A DNA stretch of 64,000 bases from a virus (IMGVR_UViG_3300035495_000018:24104-88103); one strand, 5' to 3'. Shown: positions 12,072 to 22,496, numbered from the stretch's first letter. Notes: generated from the sequence alone by a model not told the origin. Translations and numbers: made by a program.

Positions 12072-12553
12072 TTCTTAGGATATGCGAGATATTTTTCAAA
12101 ATCTATAATATAAGAATACCTGTCTAGAAAGTCAGAGCCAAGGATACCATGTAGAATAATACCTTTCTTCACTTTTAAATCCTTAAATGATGTGTCTAAA
12201 CTACTGTTTACAATTAGCTTTACATCAAAGTCTCTGTCTTTATATGTTAGTACAGTATCTATAATTTTACAATTAGATTCTTCTGTTCCTTGAGCAGAAA
12301 TTACCTCCATACTATATGTAGACTCTTTACCAGTAACTAGATTAGATACTGATTGTGCAATAAATGATTGAGTAGCACCAGTATCTAACAAGAAATTTAC
12401 TTTTGTATTACCAGCAAACATAGTTATAATAGGCATTTCTGTCAAGTTAAAGGTCTCCATAAAGGAGATAGAGAACTTATCTTTCTTACCAGCCCATATT
12501 GCAAATACAGAAAAGCAAAGAAAGACTATTACAATTACAATCAATATATTCAT
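12068..12553 (-). CDS. Membrane-anchored retropepsin-like aspartic protease
   Basis: N-terminal TM helix; LLDTGATQSFI (D-T-G-A active site motif). Confidence 0.55.
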   Translation of the reverse strand: MNILIVIVIVFLCFSVFAIWAGKKDKFSISFMETFNLTEMPIITMFAGNTKVNFLLDTGATQSFIAQSVSNLVTGKESTYSMEVISAQGTEESNCKIIDTVLTYKDRDFDVKLIVNSSLDTSFKDLKVKKGIILHGILGSDFLDRYSYIIDFEKYLAYPKK

Positions 12554-12558
12554 TATTA

Positions 12559-13098
12559 CTATTTAACTCCAGTAGAACCAAAACCATTCCTATTAGCTCC
12601 ACTAAGTGATTCAACTTCTACAATTTTTACTCCACTAGATAGGAGCCATTTCAACTTCTGCCACACAGTAGCCTTCTGAGACAACTGAATTCTAAACTGA
12701 CAGATTCTATCACCCTCATTGATGGTGGTATCCTTAATAGCAAGTGCAGGGTACTTCCACTCATCATTGTTGCCACAGTAGGTATTATCAATAACACCCT
12801 CACTGTTAGCAGTGATAACTCCGAACTTCTTGGGAGTGCTGCTTCTTGCCAATACTACAGCTTCAAAGCCTTTAGGCAACTCAATTGCTACACCCAAAGG
12901 AATGAGGGTCATATCAAAAGTAACATCCCTGTGGCTTTCCTCTGCATCTTTGCCTCTGTGCCTTTTAAGTACACCAGCTTGAGGTGCCTTTAAGGTCACT
13001 GTCTCAGAAGCCTTGAGGTCAATCCAATCACCCCCCTCAATAACTTCGGGGAGAGTGATGTTCTTATTTATTCTTTTTACTTTGATTTTTAGTTTCAT
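12559..13098 (-). CDS. dut: dUTPase
   Basis: Motif 3 GVIDNTYCG, motif 5 RNGFGSTG. Confidence 0.8.
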   Translation of the reverse strand: MKLKIKVKRINKNITLPEVIEGGDWIDLKASETVTLKAPQAGVLKRHRGKDAEESHRDVTFDMTLIPLGVAIELPKGFEAVVLARSSTPKKFGVITANSEGVIDNTYCGNNDEWKYPALAIKDTTINEGDRICQFRIQLSQKATVWQKLKWLLSSGVKIVEVESLSGANRNGFGSTGVK

Positions 13099-13256
13099 AA
13101 CCTATTACTTTAGTAGGCTGTTTTACTGTTGTAAGTATTGCTACAGCCTTATTATTAGTTGTTGTTTTCTTATATTTAAATATTGGAATACAAAGAAAGG
13201 TGACCTCTGCAGTCCTCACAGCAAGGTCACCTTCTTTATACTCTTTAGTAAGTACT

Positions 13257-13739
13257 TTAATCATCTTTCTTTTGAAATTTGTATGTTACATCATACATTT
13301 TACTTTTACCTGATGATAGATGAACTACATTATAGAATCTTTGATTAGTTGTCTTTGAGTTAAGTGGGCCCAAATCTTTATTATAAGGACCAAGCTTAAT
13401 AAAGTCAAAGTAGCATAAATCAATCTTATTGGATAACTCTTGTCTACCACTATACCAAGCTACTTTTGTATGAGGAAAATAGTATTTAACATCTGAGGCT
13501 AACTCATTAATAGCTGCTGGGTCACTATCTCCTCCTAAAAAGCAAACACAATTAATAAGACCATTATTATTTATAAGGTAACAAAGAGTGTCTCTAGTTA
13601 GAGGTTCTCCTATATCATCTGCTAAATATGCAGAGTGACAACCTTCACAATGACAAGGACATCCTGATATATTGATAGCTAATGTTATTTCATCAGGCAC
13701 TTCTTGAAATACTACTTTAGTATCTACATATTTAAGCAT
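13257..13739 (-). CDS. nrdG: Anaerobic ribonucleotide reductase activating protein NrdG (radical SAM)
   Basis: CPCHCEGC cluster, 160 aa, directly downstream of nrdD. Confidence 0.8.
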   Translation of the reverse strand: MLKYVDTKVVFQEVPDEITLAINISGCPCHCEGCHSAYLADDIGEPLTRDTLCYLINNNGLINCVCFLGGDSDPAAINELASDVKYYFPHTKVAWYSGRQELSNKIDLCYFDFIKLGPYNKDLGPLNSKTTNQRFYNVVHLSSGKSKMYDVTYKFQKKDD

Positions 13740-13989
13740 CTTTTACTTCTATATGATAGATTGAACCAATATCATCTATTCTATAATCATCAACAATTTT
13801 TTCACCATCAGCACGAAGCCAATCTTCTTGTTCCTCTCTTGAAAGTCCCTTGAACTCTTCATACTGTTCATCAGTTAGTTCTAACTCAAGATGACCATCT
13901 CTAAGATGACCTGTCATATAATCTACATCAGCGATTATTTTCTTCATAATTTGAATATATTCTATGTTTTTGTTCAGCTTGTCTAGCAT
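13732..13989 (-). CDS. hypothetical acidic protein
   Basis: 85-aa ORF between nrdD and nrdG; overlaps nrdD 3' end in another frame. Confidence 0.3.
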   Translation of the reverse strand: MLDKLNKNIEYIQIMKKIIADVDYMTGHLRDGHLELELTDEQYEEFKGLSREEQEDWLRADGEKIVDDYRIDDIGSIYHIEVKDA

Positions 13990-16153
13990 TAGACCAACTA
14001 TTTACACAAGTTAGATAGCCTATAATTCTAGTCCAATATTTAATCTTGTTAGATTTACATTTAGGGCATTCTTTAATAGGGGCATTAACTACATGACCAC
14101 ACTCAGTACATTCACTCATTGGAATATTAAATGTAAAGTAATTAGTTCCATAGTCTTTTGCTATATCAAGTATTTTTAAATACTGTTCTTTACTTAAATG
14201 AGAATCTAAGTTTATATGAGCTGCTTGGCCTCCATCAGTAAACTCTGCTATCTCTTTACCATGTAATTTGAGTTTATCTAACACAGAAGTATTTTCATCC
14301 CATGGGCTATAGAAGTAACAATTATATAAGTTTTGATTTTCAGGTACTTCATAACCATCAGCTTTATCCCATTTATAGAGTTTAACTGCTAAGTTTTCAC
14401 CAGGCACAGCCTCAGAGTTAAACAAGAAAGGCCTCTTTTTATCTTGAATAGAGTGTAACTTGTTTTGCTCTTTAATAGTACCAAGAACTACCTTTAAGAA
14501 TTCCTTATATTCAGGATTATTACCAACCTCTATACCTAAGAATTTAGCTGCTTCACAATAACCTAAAACACCAATAGTACTATATAATTTCTTCAAGTAG
14601 ATATAGCCAGCATTAGAAGCTGCTAACATACCTTTATCCTCAAGGTCATATAACATGGTTTTATAAGCAATGTGATACTTATAAACTCTTTCAAGTATAG
14701 GTTTCAGATAGTCAGCAAGTGAAGCAATTTCTATATGTATATCTCTATAATGCTGTGTTGCTGTTCCCATTGCCACTCCTCCAAGGAGGTCATTAAAAGT
14801 ATCATTACCTACTTTGTAAGAATGACTGTGATACCAATCTTGAACTATCCTATTAATATTAAGTGTAATTACATTCACAGAACCAGTCATAACACCTGTC
14901 ATGCCTGTAGTAGAACTAAATGTATTGTCTTTAATTTCATTCAAGACTCGACAACACGAAGCTAATGATGTAGGATTATCACTAGTATAGCAGAAGAAAC
15001 TACCACCTTTAGCCCATTCTTTGGCACATAACAATTTATAGTCTAAGTCAAGATACTCATCATCATTATGTACTAGAGCCATAGTAGATACAGGGAAAGT
15101 GAGAGGTTTAATCAATCTAAGTTCTCTATGTAACTTCATAAACATTCTTTGCAGAGTATCTATAGCTAGCCATTCAGGTTTAGTACCATCAGGATAATAG
15201 AACTCTCCAAATAGGGATTTAAAATACTTCTTATCATAATAAGAAACATTAGTAAATGGAGAGTTATAACTTCGATTTCCTGCTGGCTGATTTACACCAT
15301 AAATAAATTGCTTCATACCTTTTCTAATGAAATACTTTATAGTATGAGCAGCAGTGTGACTATTAGTTATTACTACATCAAGTTTATCATACCACTTAGG
15401 ACCAAACTCTTTAATAACATAATAGTTTAAAGCAATAAAATAATCACCTAAAGCTACAGCTCCTTTAACTTGAGAAGATAATAGAAATACTAGATTAGTT
15501 ACTTGTCCACTGAATGATTGAATGTCATTAGGGGCAGAGGGAGTAACACCATCAATATTACCTACACCATCTAACATTAGAGGATAAAGAGTAGCAGCCA
15601 TACAATAAGGCTTTAGTACTGGAGTTGATGCCTCATCATGAGTATAAATAATATGATTCTCAAGGTCTTTCTCATACTGTTTAGCTAACTCAGGATACAT
15701 TGTATTAAGTTTCTCTTTCATCCTTTGTCTTTGGATGATTCTATTAGTAGTCTTATAAACCTCTCCTTCTAAATTAGCAACATTCTTCATAGAAACATTA
15801 GCATTAGCATCAGTCTCTGAAGAACTAGCAGCATTATCTCCTGATTGACTATACCTTTCCATATAGTCTAACCTTTCCCTGACAAATCTAGCTTGACTAT
15901 GCTGCTCTCTATAGAGAATAAAGGATTTAGCAACATCATAAGGAGCTAAATCCATTAAAATCTTAATTACTGAATCTTGTATTGCTTCAACACTTACAGC
16001 ATCTTCACTTAATAATGTAGGAATATAACTTAATTCTTCTAGTACATCCTTGTCTACTTCCTTCTTACAAGCTTTATAAGCAGACTCAACAGCATGTACA
16101 ATCTTGTCAAGATTGAAAGGCTCTAATGAGCCATCTCTTTTTAGTACTTTCAT
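13928..16153 (-). CDS. nrdD: Anaerobic ribonucleoside-triphosphate reductase NrdD (class III)
   Basis: N-terminal ATP-cone (VLKRDGSLEPF), C-terminal Zn ribbon CTECG..CPKC and glycyl-radical motif RIIGYLT. Confidence 0.85.
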   Translation of the reverse strand: MKVLKRDGSLEPFNLDKIVHAVESAYKACKKEVDKDVLEELSYIPTLLSEDAVSVEAIQDSVIKILMDLAPYDVAKSFILYREQHSQARFVRERLDYMERYSQSGDNAASSSETDANANVSMKNVANLEGEVYKTTNRIIQRQRMKEKLNTMYPELAKQYEKDLENHIIYTHDEASTPVLKPYCMAATLYPLMLDGVGNIDGVTPSAPNDIQSFSGQVTNLVFLLSSQVKGAVALGDYFIALNYYVIKEFGPKWYDKLDVVITNSHTAAHTIKYFIRKGMKQFIYGVNQPAGNRSYNSPFTNVSYYDKKYFKSLFGEFYYPDGTKPEWLAIDTLQRMFMKLHRELRLIKPLTFPVSTMALVHNDDEYLDLDYKLLCAKEWAKGGSFFCYTSDNPTSLASCCRVLNEIKDNTFSSTTGMTGVMTGSVNVITLNINRIVQDWYHSHSYKVGNDTFNDLLGGVAMGTATQHYRDIHIEIASLADYLKPILERVYKYHIAYKTMLYDLEDKGMLAASNAGYIYLKKLYSTIGVLGYCEAAKFLGIEVGNNPEYKEFLKVVLGTIKEQNKLHSIQDKKRPFLFNSEAVPGENLAVKLYKWDKADGYEVPENQNLYNCYFYSPWDENTSVLDKLKLHGKEIAEFTDGGQAAHINLDSHLSKEQYLKILDIAKDYGTNYFTFNIPMSECTECGHVVNAPIKECPKCKSNKIKYWTRIIGYLTCVNSWSNARQAEQKHRIYSNYEENNR

Positions 16154-17184
16154 ATTTTATCACTTAATTCATTAGGTTTTACTAGGTCAATTCCATCAGG
16201 AACTATTGGTTTTTCATCAAGATACCTTCTCAGTTGTTTACCAATCTCAAAAGGATGTCTCAATACAATACCACTCTTAGTTGTAATTTCTTCCATGCTT
16301 TGAGTTTTATCAAAGTTCCATACAAGAGGATTTAATGATTTCCTATTAATTACTATAAACCTATAATCAGCAAGTTTAAAGTCTTTAAAGTAGTCATCTT
16401 TATCCAAGTTAGCTCTTATAATATTCCAATAGAGCCGACTTTGCACGTCATACCTCCACTCTACAAAGCTTTTATAGAAATCATATTCTTGTTTATAACT
16501 AGTCTTTAAATCAACTGGAACTATAACTTTCTTATCATGTAAAACTACAATTAAATCAGCCATACATCTATAATCTACACCATCAAGAGCAGCTTTAAAC
16601 TTTAATTGAAATAATCTTTCAATACTATCATCAAAAGCATTATCTGCTTCAAAGTAGAATCTAGTTGAAGGTGCTGATTTAAGTTTATCTACACAATTAA
16701 GAGCATCTTGATAAGCATAAGTACTTACAATAGTTCTATTGCCTGATAGATATAATAGTTTATAATATGCTGCACAATCTTCTTTAATCTTCTTAGCTCT
16801 TGTCTTAGCTTGCCAATGATTATTCCATTGTATATCAGCTATAGTAGATATAAGATAATCATCTGGTATATCAGTAATTGAAGCATAATTATTTTTCCAT
16901 CTCTCAAAGAGAGTCTTTGTGATAGTTACTAGAGTATCAGAAGGAGGAGTATCTAATTGAGCAATCATAAACTGCTCATCAAACTCTTCCTGTGTACCTG
17001 TCATAAGAGTATCTACCATACTACCAAACTGTAATGAAGGGCTTTCTACCTTATCAAACAGTTTATCTAGACTTGCAAATCCTTCTCTTTCAAACTTAGC
17101 TAAAGTAGAGTAGGACAGTGCAGGGTCAGCTCTATATTCAGGTTCAGTAACTTGCCATGAAATGTCTTTTAAACTTTTTCTCAT
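16150..17184 (-). CDS. Putative PD-(D/E)xK-family nuclease
   Basis: D..VDLK arrangement (ADLIVV...VPVDLKTS) typical of RecB/Cas4-like nucleases. Confidence 0.4.
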   Translation of the reverse strand: MRKSLKDISWQVTEPEYRADPALSYSTLAKFEREGFASLDKLFDKVESPSLQFGSMVDTLMTGTQEEFDEQFMIAQLDTPPSDTLVTITKTLFERWKNNYASITDIPDDYLISTIADIQWNNHWQAKTRAKKIKEDCAAYYKLLYLSGNRTIVSTYAYQDALNCVDKLKSAPSTRFYFEADNAFDDSIERLFQLKFKAALDGVDYRCMADLIVVLHDKKVIVPVDLKTSYKQEYDFYKSFVEWRYDVQSRLYWNIIRANLDKDDYFKDFKLADYRFIVINRKSLNPLVWNFDKTQSMEEITTKSGIVLRHPFEIGKQLRRYLDEKPIVPDGIDLVKPNELSDKI

Positions 17185-17471
17185 GTGAAATAGTCATAAT
17201 CATCAGAGTTATCAGGAACATCAAGATAAGACATATAGGTAAGTAGTTCTTCTCTAAGTTTCATAAGAACTGCTATATGATTATCAAAGATATTCTCACA
17301 CTCTGGTTGTTTTAATCTGTTTGCCTTACTTGCCTTATATATATCAGATTCTACAATCTCCAAAAGGTATTCAAAGTTTCGTTCTTTAAGGAACTTCTTT
17401 GATAGTTCAGCATCTTTTCCTGGAAGTTCAGGAATAAGCTCTTCTATTATTTTCAAAGGATTCTTCTTCAT
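17181..17471 (-). CDS. hypothetical protein
   Basis: 96-aa ORF. Confidence 0.4.
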   Translation of the reverse strand: MKKNPLKIIEELIPELPGKDAELSKKFLKERNFEYLLEIVESDIYKASKANRLKQPECENIFDNHIAVLMKLREELLTYMSYLDVPDNSDDYDYFT

Positions 17472-17506
17472 CGTCTTTTAAATTGAGGTGCAGCAAAGGT
17501 AAGACT

Positions 17507-17950
17507 TTATTCTGAATTCTGCAAATCATTTAAAAGAAATTTTAAATCCTTGATAGTATACACTATTGCATAACATAAGTGCTCTCCTGTCTCCTCTTTT
17601 AACTTTTCTAATAGGTCTCTAAATAATCTAGTTTTATAAGGAACAGCATCATTCTTAAATCCTTTTACTTCAAGAATAACTTTAGTATTACCTACATTAA
17701 AGATAAAATCAGGAGTATAATGAACTGAGGTAGGCTTCCTTGTAATCTTCTTAAAGGTTTTACCAAACTTATCATAAAATGGGACAGAGAAACTATCCCT
17801 GTCCCATATAGTAAACCTTTCAGATTCATATTTAGGAGTTATTCCTACTGATAGAAGGTATCTATAAATAGACCTCTCCTGTTTACTTCTGAAGGTTATT
17901 CCATCTAACTCACACTCTGTGGCATTCTTAATCTTTTTGTTTTCTTGCAT
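17507..17950 (-). CDS. Putative PD-(D/E)xK endonuclease
   Basis: YTPDF...ILEVKG motif (PD..ExK). Confidence 0.45.
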   Translation of the reverse strand: MQENKKIKNATECELDGITFRSKQERSIYRYLLSVGITPKYESERFTIWDRDSFSVPFYDKFGKTFKKITRKPTSVHYTPDFIFNVGNTKVILEVKGFKNDAVPYKTRLFRDLLEKLKEETGEHLCYAIVYTIKDLKFLLNDLQNSE

Positions 17951-18410
17951 TACTGAACATGCCTTTGAGTTGACCTCTCAAGAGGGTACATACAACCTTA
18001 GCATCTTCTACTGACCTAAAGGCAGGGAAGTTTCTATAGTTCTTAATGTACTTCTTGCATACCTCATGAATTACACCATCATAAGGAGAAATAACAAAGA
18101 TTTTGTCACTCTTCTCAATGTGGTCTTCATACTTCTTGTCAAGCTCAACAGCAAGCTCTCTTGCTACAATGTTGAATGCAGCAATAGGGCTGACAGTTGC
18201 AATCTCATAGAGCCATCTGTTGACTCTCTCAACCTTCCAACCCTTCTTAGCGGCAATATTCATGAGTGCCAACTCTACTGATACACCACCAACTTGGATA
18301 GGCATATTACTAGCAGTTACAGCATCAAAAATAGCTGCCATCAAACCTTGCAAATCCTTTGCTTCGATTGTAATTACTTTTGTTCCGTTATTCTTCTTCA
18401 TACCATTTAA
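17928..18410 (-). CDS. hypothetical protein (start probably at internal MKKNNG, not the 18536 start of the ORF track)
   Basis: Long ORF overlaps UDG by 150 nt; internal ATG just after the UDG stop is the more plausible start. Confidence 0.4.
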   Translation of the reverse strand, partial: LNGMKKNNGTKVITIEAKDLQGLMAAIFDAVTASNMPIQVGGVSVELALMNIAAKKGWKVERVNRWLYEIATVSPIAAFNIVARELAVELDKKYEDHIEKSDKIFVISPYDGVIHEVCKKYIKNYRNFPAFRSVEDAKVVCTLLRGQLKGMFSNARKQKD

Positions 18411-19062
18411 TTTTTTCTCCGTACTTACCATACAGTTTGTTATTAATTTCAGTGAATACACTATGAGGCATACCTTGATTGGTTCTAGCAAAGTATGCTG
18501 GATGCTCAATCTCAATAATATCATTGAACTTCTCATTAATATAAGGCTTTAGAGTCTGAGCCTGCTTACCAAACAGAACATATATAATGCCTGTTTCCAT
18601 GGTAGATAAGTTCTTTATCAACTTACTTACAAAGGGTCTCCATACATTAACATGAGAACCTACTTTATTGAGTTCACAAGTCAATGCTGAATTAATCATT
18701 AGGATACCTTGTCTAGCCCATGACTCTAAAGTATTATCAAAGGTGATAAGTCCATGAGGAACCTCATAGTTTATTACAGACTCTTTGACTACTTGTAAGG
18801 ACGGAGATAGTTTATCTTCTGTAGTCTCTTTACCATTACCAAACAGAATACCTGTTGCTATACCCTTCTGAGGATATGGGTCTTGACCTATAAATACAAC
18901 TTTGCAGTCTCTGTAGGTACACAGTCTAAAGGCTCTGAAAACATTAGGCAAAGCAGGACAAAGAGTATTAGGATTAACTGTTTTAAGCCAACCCATAATC
19001 CTCATTGTCTCTACTCTATCTAATACTTTCATCCAATCTCCAAAGTATTCTTCTATTGTCAT
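18388..19062 (-). CDS. ung: Uracil-DNA glycosylase (family-1-like, divergent)
   Basis: GQDPY water-activating motif (VVFIGQDPYPQKG) and HPA/HPS-like motif (IEHPAYF). Confidence 0.65.
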   Translation of the reverse strand: MTIEEYFGDWMKVLDRVETMRIMGWLKTVNPNTLCPALPNVFRAFRLCTYRDCKVVFIGQDPYPQKGIATGILFGNGKETTEDKLSPSLQVVKESVINYEVPHGLITFDNTLESWARQGILMINSALTCELNKVGSHVNVWRPFVSKLIKNLSTMETGIIYVLFGKQAQTLKPYINEKFNDIIEIEHPAYFARTNQGMPHSVFTEINNKLYGKYGEKIKWYEEE

Positions 19063-20036
19063 ACTTGTCTATCAGTGATACACTTCATTGCTATATCAAG
19101 CAATTTATCAGTTATAGTATCTTTATTAATACCAGGTATTTCAGGTATTTTAATACTATAAGAAGAATCTTCCTCTGTACCCATAATACCTTCATAGATT
19201 ACTTTAGTGACATAGCCACAGTCAAAACCATCATTAGCTTCAAATGGAATAATATGACCATCTTCACCAAACTTTGCTTTATCAATAGGAAGGTAAGCAC
19301 AGGTTCTTAGTTTGCCATAATTAGATATATATGGGACAGCAACTACATCAGTAGGATTAACTAAGACTACTAAACCTTGACTACCATAATAGTTTCTTTC
19401 AAGCCAATTAGCACCTGCTGCATGAAGGCCTCTACTACAAGAATGAGAAGAGTCAGTATCACATTTCTCTCTAGGCATAGTAACTACTTCACCAATCTTA
19501 ATTCTAGTAGAATGACTGTGCATATCAGTATAAATCTGATTACCTTCCTCATCCACTTCAAGAGGTTCTGCATTTCTATAAGCTACAAAGAAACCACATC
19601 TAGAAATCTTAAGCCCCCATTTATTAAGGAACCAGTAGAGATTTCTTCTACATTCTTCATCAGGATTAAGTGACATTAAAGTCCAGAAGTTTCTATAAGT
19701 ATCAATCTTTACTTCATCATTGTTAGACTCTGCTTCAAGTATAGCCTTAACAAGCTCAGTAGGTAATGATAACTGAGAGACCTCTTCCCAATAAACACTT
19801 TCTCCTTTAAGTGTAAGAAGATTAGAGCTTCCAACATTATCAAGGACACTTACAGCTTCCTTGTAATCTTGTACTTTCTTTTCATACTCAGGACACATGA
19901 GGACAAATATTTCCTCATCACTGTCAGCATTAACTATCCTTTCAAATAGTTCTTTTGACACATTGTCTCTTTCACAGTAAGTACCATCCTCAAATAGAGT
20001 AATGACCTTACCATCTACTTTAATTATTTTCTGCAT
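19059..20036 (-). CDS. hypothetical protein
   Basis: 325-aa ORF. Confidence 0.45.
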   Translation of the reverse strand: MQKIIKVDGKVITLFEDGTYCERDNVSKELFERIVNADSDEEIFVLMCPEYEKKVQDYKEAVSVLDNVGSSNLLTLKGESVYWEEVSQLSLPTELVKAILEAESNNDEVKIDTYRNFWTLMSLNPDEECRRNLYWFLNKWGLKISRCGFFVAYRNAEPLEVDEEGNQIYTDMHSHSTRIKIGEVVTMPREKCDTDSSHSCSRGLHAAGANWLERNYYGSQGLVVLVNPTDVVAVPYISNYGKLRTCAYLPIDKAKFGEDGHIIPFEANDGFDCGYVTKVIYEGIMGTEEDSSYSIKIPEIPGINKDTITDKLLDIAMKCITDRQV

Positions 20037-21886
20037 AACACTCTTAAAAGTTGATTATTATGTATTTTCTTATAAGTTTCTCCATTGATTCTGTATGCTT
20101 TTGTTTTCATTATAACTGCTGCTGTTAATAGAGAATTTTGTTTTTCATCACTCTCAACATCTACTATCTTGGCTGCTTTTCTATGTTTAATTATATAGTC
20201 TTTCAGCTTTGTACATAGATATTCTGTATAAGCATCATACGGAATTACTCCTCTATTAGCTATTCCTCTATAATCATAATTTGAACAAAATGTATCCCAG
20301 ATTTTAAGAAGTCTTTCAAACTCTTTTGCTTCTATTTTATCTATGTTCTTACATATTTGCTTAACAGTTACAGCAATACTATGATTGAGCTGATATAAAG
20401 CAGCATCATAAGGAAAATACTTTAATATTGTCTTTACAACAGATAGCATAGGGTCTTTATTTAATACCCAATCAAGGTCAACAAGAAAACTTGGATTAAG
20501 CTTCTTAATATCTGCTACAACATCTTTCCTTGCTGTTACAAGAATGTATCCTTTTAAAGCTATTACTGCCTTTATTTCAGGAGTTGGAACATCCATATTG
20601 CACAATACAATACCACTTTGAAGACCCTTTAAGTATTTAATACAGTCAAGCATAGTTCTAAAGACCTTCTTATCCCTCCAGTCAATCCTATTACTATGAA
20701 TATAAACAATAGTTTCCTTTACCTTTGAGGTATCTTTGCCTAATTTTCTTTCATCAGCCAAGCATTCCTTATACTCTTTAAAGTCCTCATCCTTATTTAA
20801 GTCAAGAGGAGTAGCATTACCTCTATAAGCTTCATAAATAGCTTCTACTATAAAATTAACAGTATCTATGTCAAAGTTATTTGGTAGATAACCTTTAGCT
20901 TCTCTTGTATAGATTCTAAAGAAACTAAGAGGTACATCTTTAGCTATAGCCATCTTATTAAAATTCTCTCTTATATAAAGTCTAGCTGTTGCAGTTAACT
21001 TAGCATCCTGATTTAAAAGCAATAGATTTGGAGTTCTAATTTGATTATAATTATATACTGAGCTAGGAAGTCTTAAATTGTAGATTTTATCTTGATAAAG
21101 AGTGCCTACATATTTAGGAAGTTGCATTCTAAATATAGCGCCAATAAAATTCACATATTCTTTTAAATCTCTTCCTTTGTACTTAGGATACTTACTTATA
21201 TTATTAAAGTCTACTTTATATCCATAATAACCCTCTGTAATCTTATTCTCTATTGGGTCATATATATGAGTATCTGACATTGTAGTCCAATATTCAAATA
21301 TATCATCATATTCTAATGTTAAAGCAGAGACTATAAGACCTTCAAGTTCTTGTTTAGCTGCTTTGATTTTATTAGAGATTTTCTCAATAGTTTCATTGTT
21401 ATAAATAACTTCTTCTCTATTAGGAGTTATACTTAAATCCCCTACATCAAACCTTAATACTATTCCAGTACTACTAATTGACCCAAGAAATTCTTTTAAA
21501 TCATCTTGGAACCTACTTTTATCAATAGGATAAAGAACATTTCCAAGAAGAATTTTATGTTCCATGGTAGCAGAAGCTGCTGCAAAGTTATTGAATTTCT
21601 TTATTTTAATGTCATTAATTTTAGTTTGACTATAACCACAGCCATCTATGTATATATTGGGGAAGAAAGTAATACATTTAAGGGCATCTTCATATCTCCT
21701 AAAACTATAGACATTCTTAATAGATACTTCTACACCATTCTTTTCAGTAGTAGGCTTCTCCATAAGAAGGTTAGTGGTGATAGTATTACCACTTTTAACC
21801 ATTACATAATAATAAGCTATTCCTTCATAATATGAAGTAATATATACACTATTACTACAAGCTAGGGCACTGAATCTTCCAATCAA
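20024..21886 (-). CDS. Large hypothetical protein; proposed 3' exon of a split GHKL-ATPase (rIIA-like?) gene; annotated start is TTG
   Basis: 620-aa ORF immediately downstream of a GHKL ATPase N-terminal ORF, separated by a ~250-nt element with group-I-like core. Confidence 0.45.
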   Translation of the reverse strand: MIGRFSALACSNSVYITSYYEGIAYYYVMVKSGNTITTNLLMEKPTTEKNGVEVSIKNVYSFRRYEDALKCITFFPNIYIDGCGYSQTKINDIKIKKFNNFAAASATMEHKILLGNVLYPIDKSRFQDDLKEFLGSISSTGIVLRFDVGDLSITPNREEVIYNNETIEKISNKIKAAKQELEGLIVSALTLEYDDIFEYWTTMSDTHIYDPIENKITEGYYGYKVDFNNISKYPKYKGRDLKEYVNFIGAIFRMQLPKYVGTLYQDKIYNLRLPSSVYNYNQIRTPNLLLLNQDAKLTATARLYIRENFNKMAIAKDVPLSFFRIYTREAKGYLPNNFDIDTVNFIVEAIYEAYRGNATPLDLNKDEDFKEYKECLADERKLGKDTSKVKETIVYIHSNRIDWRDKKVFRTMLDCIKYLKGLQSGIVLCNMDVPTPEIKAVIALKGYILVTARKDVVADIKKLNPSFLVDLDWVLNKDPMLSVVKTILKYFPYDAALYQLNHSIAVTVKQICKNIDKIEAKEFERLLKIWDTFCSNYDYRGIANRGVIPYDAYTEYLCTKLKDYIIKHRKAAKIVDVESDEKQNSLLTAAVIMKTKAYRINGETYKKIHNNQLLRVLCRK

Positions 21887-21895
21887 TTTGTTATC

Positions 21896-22143
21896 TTAAG
21901 AGCTTTTTATCTCTTAACTCTATAGGTTCATTTCCCTATAGTTCAGCATATCTTTTCATCCTAATAGGATGTTCCTGCCTCTTGGAGACATTATATTCTA
22001 CAAAGTAGTTTCAGTCTCTATGCGTTGCCCCTGTTATTATTTTTAAATAATAACTTCAGGTCTGATTCCCATCACAGGGTTCCAGGTTTTTTCAGGAATT
22101 TAGTCATCAACAATTACTTGCTGAGTCGGCATTGGATATAAGG
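21896..22143 (-). mobile_element. Putative ORF-less group I intron (boundaries approximate)
   Basis: Shares 24-nt block TGAAACTACTTTGTAGAATATAA (minus sense) with the helicase intron; AGAGACTG R-like and AAGATATG S-like elements; GGCT(tcggt)AGCC hairpin. Confidence 0.4.
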
Positions 22144-22490
22144 CTACCGAAGCCTCCTATATAGTCATTACTATCTCTTTTAGTACTACTACCTATATTA
22201 CAGAATATATTCTTAAATCTATCAGGAGATAGTCCTGTACCATAGTCTCTAATAGTGATAGTACTATCTTTAAATCTAATAATTACAGGTTCTTTAGTAT
22301 TGCCAGCTTCTACATGTGAATCCCATGCATTACTGACAATTTCTCGAATGAATGATTCTTCAGGATGTGAATATAAGTTTGAAGATAGTAGAGTAGTAAT
22401 AAACTCTATGTTCTTAGGGTCTATTGAAGTTTTGAATTCCTTTACATCACCTACTACTTCAATATCTCCTGTTTGTGTATTTATAATCAT
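22107..22490 (-). CDS. GHKL (HATPase_c) ATPase N-terminal domain; proposed 5' exon (last ~12 codons probably intron read-through)
   Basis: Bergerat-fold motifs: N box [11 protein letters not shown]1 RDYGTGLS, G2 YIGGFGS. Confidence 0.55.
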   Translation of the reverse strand: MIINTQTGDIEVVGDVKEFKTSIDPKNIEFITTLLSSNLYSHPEESFIREIVSNAWDSHVEAGNTKEPVIIRFKDSTITIRDYGTGLSPDRFKNIFCNIGSSTKRDSNDYIGGFGSLISNADSASNC

Positions 22491-22496
22491 CTTGTT

